DNA from: Octopus vulgaris
Taxonomy: Eukaryota
Direction: 5' to 3'
NCBI GenBank assembly: GCA_951406725.2
Contig: OX597817.1
Location: forward strand, 88,040,001 to 88,104,000
Length of the DNA stretch: 64,000 nucleotides
The notes under the pieces: model-generated
Told to the model about the DNA's origin: nothing
Database searches by the model: none
The model's input: only the letters and a program-made list of their open reading frames with translations
In this document: piece after piece, positions 13,806-24,621 of the stretch
Layout of the letters: the number at the start of each line of letters is the position of its first letter
How positions within the stretch are numbered: the first letter of the stretch is position 1
Program-made: the position numbers and the translations under genes

Positions 13806-13967
13806 CTGCAGGTCAAATATTAAAAAGATGTATTAGAAAGTCAAATAAGTAAAAACAAATGAAATGAAATAAACCTAAGTTAATCACAGAAGACATATAT
13901 GTATTAATGTATGGATTAGATGAAAGATGCTAAGGTCATAAACTTAGTATTAGTTATTGATTTTGAC

Positions 13968-14175
13968 TTTAATCATTAATAGTAACAATAAAACTTAATC
14001 ATTAATATTGAAATAATATGTAAGCATTAATATTGAAATAATAAATTATCTAATCATTAATGCTCGTAATAATACATAACCATTAATGTTGACATAATAG
14101 TTACATAATCATTAATACTGAAATAATCACTACATGATCATTAATGTTAATAATAATGCATTATCATTAACATTG
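13968..14175. repeat. Degenerate ~22-28-bp AT-rich minisatellite abutting the exon 7 donor
   Basis: AATCATTAATRYTGAAATAAT-like unit repeated about 8 times. Confidence 0.8.
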
Positions 14176-14184
14176 TAAACTTAC

Positions 14185-14387
14185 TTGATTGGTTGAAGAA
14201 TTGTAGCCAAAACAGTAACCATGTGATCTAGACTTGGACTGACAAACGTTGTCTCATCAATGTTCACTAACAGTGGAATTTGTATGTACTGGGCTGCCCA
14301 AGATCCCACACCAGCTGGACATCGGAGGACATGGTTTAATAGAAACAAATGATCCTCAAAGGAGGCTACTCTCAGTAACACAGATAC
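14185..14387 (-). CDS. EPG5: EPG5 coding exon 7
   Basis: [31 protein letters not shown] vs human [31 protein letters not shown], the most diagnostic match. TAG/GTAAGT, 203 nt. Confidence 0.97.
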
Positions 14388-15406
14388 CTATAAGCAGAAA
14401 ATGAAATAACTTTTAAACACCTGTGATTCATTTTGATATCATTATATCAATCAGAGGTACATTTTCCCATAAAAAATACTGGGCCGACATTTCAAATGAA
14501 TAACTAAGAATTTACATAGGAAAACTTCTCTGCATTCAGAGGGCACAGCTCCTGTACTGTGGATATGTAATTAGAACAGTTCAACAAAGATCCACAAGAC
14601 AGATTCTTGAAGCTGAGCCAACCAAAAAGAGATCAAGGGGTAGATCAAAATGAGATGGTTGAATAATATCCAGAGTTTAAGTTGGTCATGCATAAGAATC
14701 CATCCAGAAGGTCTAATGATGGAGGAGGTGCCTGAGGACCCTACCCCAATAACCCTTTCGGGAATAGTAGACAGAGATAGATGTATCTAAATATTATTTT
14801 TCATAACATTGGAAAACTCAGTTGTCAGTTGTTAGATTAGTACAAAATTGTTCAATGTAAAATGTCAAATTTTAAATCATTACCTTTCACTGATAATATT
14901 TAAGTTATCAACTTTACTTTAAATGCTATTAAACTACCAACAAAGAATAATTACTAATGAAAAATTAATGAAATCTTATCTAATGTATCTAATCTAAAAG
15001 AAAATTAGGATACACAATTTCTTAAAAACACATGATATAACAGAAATAACATGATTTTTATGTTCACCTTTAATGAATGCATTATTTTAATCATCATTTT
15101 CTAGTTTTATTTAAAATTAAAATTCATTTAATATGACAATTAATTTGATTGAGTAATTAACCCTTTTGATAGCATACTATCTGAGACTGCCACTAGTTCT
15201 CTGATATAAATTTTCCCAAGTCATCTCAAAACCTTCAAACACCAGATTAATCATGACAAAGTTATTTTAAGTAAATCCTTCATTAATTTTGCAATTAATT
15301 GAAACAAATGTAGTGTGTTTCAACAGAAATATGGTAACAGAAGGGTTAAAGACACTGTTGTTTAAAGAAACAGAAAAATGTGAATTATTGATAAAAATTA
15401 TCTCAC

Positions 15407-15552
15407 TAGTCTTTCTGTCCATATTCGCAAATTTTCAACAAAGTTATGGTCATCAATTGGTCGTCTGTGCATAGAAAACAAGATTGAGATGCAGTCCTTC
15501 AGTCTCTGAATCTGGTGAAGAACAGTCATGCTCTGCTTTGCTTGAACTCGAA
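15407..15552 (-). CDS. EPG5: EPG5 coding exon 6
   Basis: LKDCISILFSMHRRPIDDHNFVENLRIWTERL vs human [41 protein letters not shown], 146 nt. Confidence 0.95.
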
Positions 15553-15964
15553 CTAAAAAGAGAATTTGTCATCATATAGATAAGAGATATCACAAATACA
15601 ATATTTCTCAATAATATCTGAACCATTTTTCAAAATCAAGATCTATTTAGTATGACTTTCCTACATTATTAACTCTAAACATTCATAGGAACTCTAAAAA
15701 ATAATTACATATTCAACTGAACCATTTTTAAGACAACCAGCAAAGTGAAACGTTTCTGAAAAATATTCATTTTGAAACTGTGCTTTCCATGTTTAGGGTT
15801 CAGTTTTTTTAATAAAAATTAGTATTTATTACATTTCAAAATACAAACGTTATAACAATTGTTTATAAACTGATTGATTGTATGGAGATTTAATAGCTAC
15901 AAGACTAAAGTTTGGGTTTCTTATCAGATCATCATCATCATTTAATGTTCATTGTCCATGCTGT

Positions 15965-16780
15965 ACACAAATAAACAAATTTACGAATACCATCTCATGC
16001 TAGCATAGAATATCAAGCGGACGGAATTACTAAACTCATAGTTATTCCGATTTTGAATGGATGGACTTGGTGCAAACTTAACTGTATCTATTATTATTAT
16101 TATTATTAATATTAATAGTAATTTATATTGACTTTTATAGGTTTATAATTTTATGAACTGAACTATGGTTTTTTTATTATTATTTTCAGGTATAGGTATG
16201 ATTTTAATTTAAATAGTAGTGCGCATACATCTCCCTATGTGTTAGTTTTTAGAACTATTAGGCAAATATGTAAAATAACTGTGCTTATTAATATTAATAT
16301 ATACACTGATATATATTTTGTTTTATTTTGTTTTGTTTACCTTGCATTATTGTATCAATGAGTATTATATATATTATATATGTGTAGCATTATGGAGTTT
16401 ATGCACAAGTTTTTATATTTTACATTTTTATATTTATATGTATATGAAAAAATAATTTTTTCACAATTATAACAAATTAAATTCTCTGAAGAGGCCGTGG
16501 GGCATCCTTGTTAATGCCTCATTTATACCTGCCTTTATGGCTTATAGGTTAAATGAGGTATGACTGCCCTTACTGCCGAAACAGCTGTCAGATATGATAT
16601 AATTACATATTATATTTTATATTTTATATTTCTATTTCCTTGTCTATTTATATTTACTATATATTTTGTATAATGCCTTTACTGATATGTAATGGTGTAA
16701 TAAAGTATTGATTGGGTATCATCTGAGAGTTGATGTTTTATTGATTTAAGTATGTTTCTCCATTTTCTAATTTTGTAATA
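15965..16780 (+). mobile_element. Probable Penelope-like 3' end / pseudo-LTR carrying the hammerhead
   Basis: Degenerate QIYEYHLML..RTELLNS tail, AT-rich UTR, hammerhead, then AATAAA near 16699. Confidence 0.55.
16483..16592 (+). ncRNA. Type I hammerhead ribozyme motif with ~85-nt stem II
   Basis: TCT-CTGAAGA-[GGC...GCC hairpin]-GAAAC-AGCT-GTC-AGA. Complete canonical core and palindromic stem III loop; stem I is only about 3 bp. Confidence 0.75.
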
Positions 16781-16785
16781 TAATC

Positions 16786-17888
16786 CTCAAGCCGTAATCC
16801 CATCTTTTCCCTTCTTTCCGCCATTGGCGGTCTTTCCTCCTCTTCTTCTTCTTATGCTAAAACTTGAAAATCGCCATTACCATTACGATTCTGCAATTTA
16901 AACTCCCAATTCAACTTACTTTCTTCTTCAACTCCCGGTCGATGCCCGCAGCAAGTTCTTAAAAATTTATCTTACTATTTTTATTCGTTGTTACTACGTT
17001 TATTCATACATTGATAACTTGATTCGTCTTACCCATCGAAAATTTACGAAAATTTAACCTTTTAGGCTACTTTCAAGCCTTCGCCATAACTTGATTTATC
17101 TTTCCTATCTCTCTCTCTACAAAATTTAACCTTAGGCTGCCTCAAGCCGTAATCCCATCTTTTCCCTTCTTTCCGCCATTGGCGGTCTTTCCTCCTCTTC
17201 TTCTTCTTATGCTAAAGCTTGAAAATCGCCATTACCATTACGATTCTGCAATTTAAACTCCCAATTCAACTTACTTTCTTCTTCAACTCCCGGTCGATGC
17301 CCGCAGCAAGTTCTTAAAAATTTATCTTACTATTTTTATTCGTTGTTACTACGTTTATTCATACATTGATAACTTGATTCGTCTTACCCATCGAAAATTT
17401 ACGAAAATTTAACCTTTTAGGCTACTTTCAAGCCTTCGCCATAACTTGATTTATCTTTCCTATCTCTCTCTCTACAAAATTTAACCTTAGGCTGCCTCAA
17501 GCCGTAATCCCATCTTTTCCCTTCTTTCCGCCATTGGCGGTCTTTCCTCCTCTTCTTCTTCTTATGCTAAAGCTTGAAAATCGCCATTACCATTACGATT
17601 CTGCAATTTAAACTCCCAATTCAACTTACTTTCTTCTTCAACTCCCGGTCGATGCCCGCAGCAAGTTCTTAAAAATTTATCTTACTATTTTTATTCGTTG
17701 TTACTACGTTTATTCATACATTGATAACTTGATTCGTCTTACCCATCGAAAATTTACGAAAATTTAACCTTTTAGGCTACTTTCAAGCCTTCGCCATAAC
17801 TTGATTTATCTTTCCTATCTCTCTCTCTACAAAATTTAACCTTAGGCTACCTCAAGCCGTAATCCCATCTTTTCCCTTCTTTCCGCCA
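16786..17888. repeat. 355-bp tandem array, three full units plus a partial
   Basis: CTCAAGCCGTAATCCC recurs at 16786, 17141, 17496 and 17851. Units differ at only about 2 positions that I could see. Confidence 0.97.
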
Positions 17889-18749
17889 GCCCCCCCACCC
17901 CCACCACCAATACCGATGAACACTGTTCTCACCCCCACCACCAATACCGGTGAACACTGTTCTCACCGCCACCACCAATACCGGTGAACACTGTTCTCAC
18001 CCCCACCACCAATACCAGTATACCCTGTTCTCACCATCTACACCGGATACGCCCTACTCATCTACACCGGGTACGCCCTACTCCCTCCTCCTCCCCCCAC
18101 TACCCCTTCTCCTCATATGCTTTCACTGTGAAAAGACAAGCTGCTAGCGCCATAGCTCATCAACTGCCCACCGATCTTACGCTTCCTCCTGACACTGCCT
18201 CAATCCGACCATCCCCTTTTAGTACCCTCCCGCCTCGTAATATCCTACGTTTTTATTTCTTAGGAACCTACACCAACCCTTCCTGCCATCGTTCCTCCTT
18301 ACCCCAACCTTCCGACACGTTAAAATGCTCGAACCGATCGTGACGATGCCGGACCCTCCGGCCCCTGTGCAGGTGGCACGTAAAAAGCACCCAATCCACT
18401 CACGGAGTGGTTGGCGTTAGGAAGGGCATCCAGCCGTAGAAACTCTGCCAGATTCAGACTGGAGCCTGGAGCGGCCCCTGGCTTCCCAGACCCGGTCAAA
18501 CCGTCCAACCCGTGCTAGCGCGGAAAGCGGACGTTAAACGATGATGATGATGATGATGATAATACACAATACTATAAATTAGAGTTGTATTAAAATTTGA
18601 AAAATTAATTTAATTTAATAAACAAATATTTAATAAATATTTGAAATGTAAATAATCCAACAATTCCAAATTTTGCAAATTCATTTGAAGAATATCTTAA
18701 CATGATGAAATGACTACACATTTGAAGATAGCATTTATAATTCACTCAC

Positions 18750-18826
18750 TTGGGCCATCAGCTCGAATCTTTTGAAGAATGGGTAAGCTTTTGAATAAAT
18801 TATGAATGTAAGATTCTACTTGAAGC
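18750..18826 (-). CDS. EPG5: EPG5 coding exon 5
   Basis: (R)LQVESYIHNLFKSLPILQKIRADGP; RLQVESYI matches human. CAG/GTGAGT, 77 nt. Confidence 0.93.
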
Positions 18827-19214
18827 CTGAAATTATACGATATAATAAAAGAAAAATATATTGGTTTGAAACCCACTTGATGCATTAATCAACAATATAA
18901 TTTTAATAGCACACATACACACACACATAAATGTGTATTTGTGTGTGTGTGTATAAAATATGAGTGTGTGTATATATATATAGAAAGAGAGAGAGGGAGA
19001 GCTTACCGATAAAGCACATTCACTTACACAGTGTTCATTGTGTATTTGGTTAATGAGAGAGATGGACGATATGAGAATTTTAAATATCCCACCTGTGAGG
19101 AATCGATGCTAGATGAGTCAAAACAATTGAAGTGATTAACAAAAATTCTCGTATCTTCCTTCTCTCTCATTAACCAAATTTACATCCATCCATTCATCCA
19201 CCCGCTCGCCCACT

Positions 19215-19800
19215 GTGTACCCAAAACATGTACTGAGAGTGATAAAAATCAACATCCAGTCATCATTGTATTTGGAGTGATCACTACGGAGGCCTACATC
19301 AAATGCCTGGAGGAGGTAGTGTTACCCTAGGTCAAGAGGGTGGCTGTTGGACAACCCTATGTCTGGCAACAGGACTCTACACCATGTCACACAAGCAGGA
19401 GAACCCAATCATGGTTGTCAGACAATTTCTGCAACCACATCATCCCTAACATCTGGCTATCTAACTTCCCAGTCTGCAACCGCCTTGATTATTATGTGTG
19501 GGGCTTAGTTAAATGAGTGACCAACAAAACTCCTTGTAACACCAAAGATAAACTGAAGGCAAGGATTATGGCAGTATTCACCAACTTAACCATGGAGACC
19601 ATCTAGAGGAGTTGCAGGAGATTCTGAAGTCTTCTGGAAACCATGGTTGAAGTCAATGGCAATTTTGTTGGATAAATTTACTCTTTAGTATTTCATGATA
19701 TTTTTTAATGTAATTTTGGTAAATATATCTGTTAAAATGAGATGACAGTGTTATTTTCATTTTTGCATAATTTAGACAACAATATATTCACCACAACCTG
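19215..19800 (+). mobile_element. Mariner-like (DDD-type) transposase remnant
   Basis: YVWQQDSTPCHTSRRTQSW...W...CNRLDYYVWG, with stops. Confidence 0.8.
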
Positions 19801-20446
19801 TGTATATATATATGTGTATACATATATATATATATATATATACATACATTGGGTCATCCCATAAATAATGGGATGAAGTTGTGAAGGCTAACTAAGTAAG
19901 AGAAGAAGACAAAGAACTATACTAACTGCCAATATACAGTGTTACAGAAGACTCCTACACCCATAGTAAAATGCACCCTAACACAAGAGCAGTGTTTAAG
20001 AGGTACTAATCATCTATATTTTACTTGTCTGTCACTGGACTGCAGCAATGCTGGGCCACAGTCTTGAGAGGTTTTAGTCAAACAAATAGATCCCTGTAGT
20101 TATTCTATTGATCTCTTTTTGCTTAACTGTAAAGTTACAGGGACATGAAGAAACCATCACCAGCTGTAAAGTGGTGGGAGGGGACAAACACAGGCATACA
20201 TATATACAATAGGCTTCTTTCAGTTTCCATCTACAAATCCACTCACAAAGTTTTGGTCAGCCAAGGACTATAGTAAAAGACACTTGCTCAAGGTGTCATG
20301 CAGTGAGATTGAACCTACCTATAGAACCATGTGGTTGGGAAATAAACTTCTTACCAGGCAGCCATGCTTGCATGCATGCACACACACACACAAACACACA
20401 CACATAAATACACACACATATGCACACACATTATCATCATCTAATA

Positions 20447-20503
<57 letters not shown>

Positions 20504-20933
20504 GTAAGACAAATTTTTTCATGTTTGTTGCACACACACGTCTTTGCTAGTATATACGCAGTGAAGCTATACAATAGCGTCGTATTTATTGTGATTGCTA
20601 TTTTCCAGTAAATATTGGTGCCTTGTTGTACCATTTATCTACTTTTATATGTATATATGAAAGAAGGTTTGAAAATGCAATTTCAGAGATGTTTATTCAC
20701 TTGACTGGTTTCACTTTTTTAGAAAAAGATTGTCAAAAGTAAAATGTAAAGCTTTGTAAAAGCTTTGTTGTTAAAAGGACTGGTTGTTACAAAATATTAC
20801 AATACATATACACATTCTCTGGTAATAATAAGAAAATGTTAAAAACAGTTACCAAAGAATGTATATATGTATTGTAATATTTTGTGACAACCAGAACTTA
20901 ACACAACAAAGCTTTTACAAAGCTTTACATTTT

Positions 20934-20975
20934 ACTTTTGACAATGCTTTTCTAAAAAAGTGAAACCGGTCAATT
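20934..20975 (+). ncRNA. Hammerhead-like motif, U3-A8 core variant (mirror copy 20699-20740 on minus)
   Basis: ACTT-TTGACAA-T-GCTTTT(CTAA)AAAAGT-GAAAC-CG-GTC-AA(T/G)T. Confidence 0.5.
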
Positions 20976-21057
20976 GAATAAACATCTTTAAAATTGCATT
21001 TCAAACCTTCTTTCATAATATATTTCCACTCGTGCGGTACCTTACAATTTCACTTTG

Positions 21058-21105
<48 letters not shown>

Positions 21106-21420
21106 ATGTGTGTCTGTCTGTCTCTCTATCTATCTCCTGCACTCCCTCCCTGTTTGTTTGTCTGTCTATCTATGTAGGGAGCACAGTAGTAATGTAGTCA
21201 AACTTTTCCAAGACACATTCAGTAAGAATACCTCTTAAGGCAAATTTGTTTCTTCGGACTGCCTCTCTGAAAAAATAGGCACAACTCATACTTTATGGTT
21301 GTGAGTCAAAGTAAAAAGCCATCAATATACATATATAACTGGTGCATACACCATCTTCAGAATATCAGTAAGGAATAAAAAACATGAAACTGAAGAAATT
21401 ATATAATCCTCATCAAATAA

Positions 21421-21816
21421 TCTTTATATATAAAAGTGAGGTTGTGTGCTGTCTGTCTCCTATGATTTAGATTCCTAACTACTCCCACATTTTGCGGTGC
21501 AGTTTAACCAAAACCGGGTATCTTATAGTTGTGATTCATATCGAGCCCTTCTGGGTATTAGCGCGCGTCTACGATGAGTCTACGATTTTAAAAAAAATTT
21601 ACCATCAATTTTTCCCATTTTTAATGCATTTTTGGCATATATAAGGGAAGTAACTCTCTAAAAATTTATTATTAAATCTCAGAACGTAAAAAGCTACAGT
21701 AACACGCCCCCTTTGTGGTTAGCCATATTGAGATGGCTATTATACTTTACATCTCTAAAAATGCTTATATAGTTATTTCCCTTACAAACCCGAGCAACGC
21801 CGGGCAATACTGCTAT
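21421..21816 (+). mobile_element. Non-autonomous Helitron-like element, copy A
   Basis: A|TC 5' end, subterminal hairpin CCCGAGCAACGCCGGG, 3' end degenerate (CTAT). Confidence 0.75.
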
Positions 21817-21913
21817 ACCTTATAAATTAAAGCATATTTTTAATGTTTTTTCATTTTGAAAATAATAAGGAAACACATCTAAAACATAAATTAATACATT
21901 AAATTGTTCTCAC

Positions 21914-22074
21914 CTTGATAATTGGGCAGAATATGCTTGTAAGGAAAGTTCATCTTCTATGGAATTTCGCACAGACTGTAAAGTTTTGCCTATTTTCTCA
22001 AAGAGGCTATGCTCCATTTCAGATTTCTCATATAAATGGCGAACAACACATCTTGAATTATCTTTGCAGTAGCC
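21914..22074 (-). CDS. EPG5: EPG5 coding exon 4
   Basis: GYCKDNSRC...LSLQAYSAQLSR vs human GICADQ...[20 protein letters not shown], 161 nt, ends in phase 2. Confidence 0.95.
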
Positions 22075-23633
22075 CTGGAAATAAAAATCAAAAGACAAAA
22101 TTAGATTAACACTGAAGCATGAATATGGCTTATATTATATGAAACTCCTATAGATCCTATATTCTATATGATTGATATTAACCCTTTTGATATTAAACTG
22201 CCTGAAACCACCTCTAGTTCTATGATACAAAATTTCATGTTTAAAATTATCTAAATTAAAAAGTCTCCAATAAAATTTCATTAATTTATGTTTCAAGCAT
22301 CATTTTAATAATGGTAAGGTTGTTTTATGACATTTTTCATTATTTTCAAAAACTGAAACAATGGCAGAGTATTTTAAAAGAAATGTGGTAACAAAACAGT
22401 TAAGTATGAGTTATAGAAATGGAATTGTGTAATAGGGGTAGGGATTATAAACGACATAATTAACATTTTTCCCTTCTTTAAAAAAATCTTACATTATATT
22501 TACATAGAGAAGTCAACAGGAAGAAACATCATTTCTAGCCTTATATAGACATGAAAATAAGAACAACTCTAAAATATGTTTATATGAAACTCAAAGTTTA
22601 ACAAAACTATGTCACAGCATTTGGCCTGTAATGTTTCTTGCTTGTTTGCTTCATGCTGTTGTTTGATGGGACAGGAGGCATCTCAGGTTAATGGTCCCAG
22701 AGGTGTCATCATACATAGAGCTGACCAGGTCCACCAGTGCTCTCCATCACTGGCAGTCCTGTGCCAGCCCCTCTGCATCCTCTGAATATCTACTAACTGA
22801 TTGCCTTTTAGTAATTAATTAAATAATATTTTGTATTTGGCTTGTAATACAGAATATTATTCTGTAATTGCAAAGGGCATTCAGATGGTAGAATTGTTAG
22901 AATATCAGATAAAATGTCTTGTAACATTTATTCAGACTTTCTGAGTTTAAACTACAATAAGTTAACTTCTGAGGTTGATGAATAAAGTGGTGAACTGGTA
23001 GATCTGTAAAAGCATTAGACAAGATGCCTTATTGTGTCTTTTCTAGCTCCTTCTTCTGATGGCAACACCTGTGACAACACTGATGCCAAACTGTATCTGT
23101 TCTCACTTTTCCCTTAGACAACACTGATGTGGAGACATGCATACATGGACAACAGTTTGTCTTCCATTAGAAAGAAGAGACTTTTGTCCAGGCCTTGCCT
23201 TAAAGAGGAACATTCTAGGAAGTGGTCCATGGTCTCACCAAACATAATACAGGGACCCTGGATAATTATAAATTATTCAAGCAATTATCACTTCAATGTT
23301 AAACTTCTTCCTACAACACAGTATGTTACAGTTGTTAGTTACATAACCTTTTATTTAGGGTGCAAGTGAACCAAAACTCCACTTGGGTAAGTAGCTTACT
23401 TTTCTTAATGATTTTTTTTTCTTTTTTATCTCTTTATTCCCTCTTTTACTTGTTTCAGTCATTTGACTGCGGCCATGCTGGAGCACCGCCTTTAGTTGAG
23501 CAAATCGACCCCAGGACTTATTCTTTGGAAGCCTAGTACTTATTCTATCAGCCTCTTTTGCCGTACTGCTAAGTTACACCACCATCGGTTGTCAGGCGAT
23601 GTTGGGGGGACAAACACAGACACACAAACATAT

Positions 23634-23694
<61 letters not shown>

Positions 23695-23790
23695 TAATCC
23701 AAACATGAAAACACAAAGAGAAAATACAACACGAGGACGTGGAACAAGTATAGTGTTATTGGACGTTCAGGAAAGAAGGGAAGAAGAAGG

Positions 23791-23825
23791 GTTTAACGTT
23801 TCAAGCAGAGCTCTTCATCAGAAAC
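23791..23825 (-). ncRNA. Minimal hammerhead-like motif
   Basis: GTTT-CTGATGA-A-GAGC-TCT-GCTT-GAAA-CG-TT-AAAC on the minus strand. Confidence 0.5.
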
Positions 23826-23902
23826 ATAGGAAAAGGAAAAATCCAAAGAAGGGAAGACGGAGGAAAAAAATCACCAACGGTACACACGCGGTCACATTTT
23901 GA

Positions 23903-23950
<48 letters not shown>

Positions 23951-24129
23951 TATATGACGGGCTTCTTTCAGTTTCCGTCTACCAAATCCACTCACAAGGC
24001 TTTGGTCGGCCCAAGGCTATAGCAGAAGACACTTGCCCAAGGCACCACGCAGTGGGAATGAACCCAGAACCATGTGGTTGGTAAGCAAGCTACGTACCAC
24101 ACAGCCACTCCTACACCTAAAAAACGTAT

Positions 24130-24203
24130 TGGCCAGTATGGGGCTCGAACCCACAACATTTGTGTTATTAGCACAACACTCTAACCAACTGAGCTAACCG
24201 GCC
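24130..24203 (-). tRNA. tRNA-Ile(AAT), intronic; gene or young pseudogene
   Basis: Reverse complement is GGCCGGTTAGCTCAGTTGGTTAGAGTGTTGTGCTAATAACACAAATGTTGTGGGTTCGAGCCCCATACTGGCCA. All four stems pair, anticodon is AAT, A and B boxes are intact, and a T6 terminator lies 5 nt downstream. Confidence 0.9.
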
Positions 24204-24230
24204 TCGTTATCTTAATAAATTTATTTATAA

Positions 24231-24621
24231 CTAGCAGTATCGCCCAGCGTTGCTCGGGTTTGTAAGGGAAATAACTATATAAGCATTTTTAGAGATGTAA
24301 AGTATAATAGCCATCTCAATATGGCTAACCACAAAGGGGGTGTTACTGTAACTTTTTACGTTCTGAGATTTAATAATAAATTTTTAGAGAGTTACTTCCC
24401 TTATATATGCCAAAAATGCATTAAAAAATGGGAAAAATTGATGGTAAATTTTTTTTAAATCGTAGACTCATCGTAGACGCGCGCTAATACCCAGAAGGGC
24501 TCGATATGAACCACGACTATAAGATACACGGTTTTGGTTTTGCACCGCAAAATGTGGGAGTAGTTAGGAATCTAAATCGTAGGAGACAGACAGCACACAA
24601 CCTCTCTTTTATATATAAAGA
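24231..24621 (-). mobile_element. Non-autonomous Helitron-like element, copy B (inverted relative to A)
   Basis: A|TC...hairpin...CTAG|T with no target duplication; closely matches the reverse complement of 21421-21816. Confidence 0.82.

Noticed and set aside
18741-18749. Alternative exon 5 donor GTGAAT at 18745
   Set aside because: It gives phase 2, incompatible with exon 6; GTGAGT at 18749 fits.
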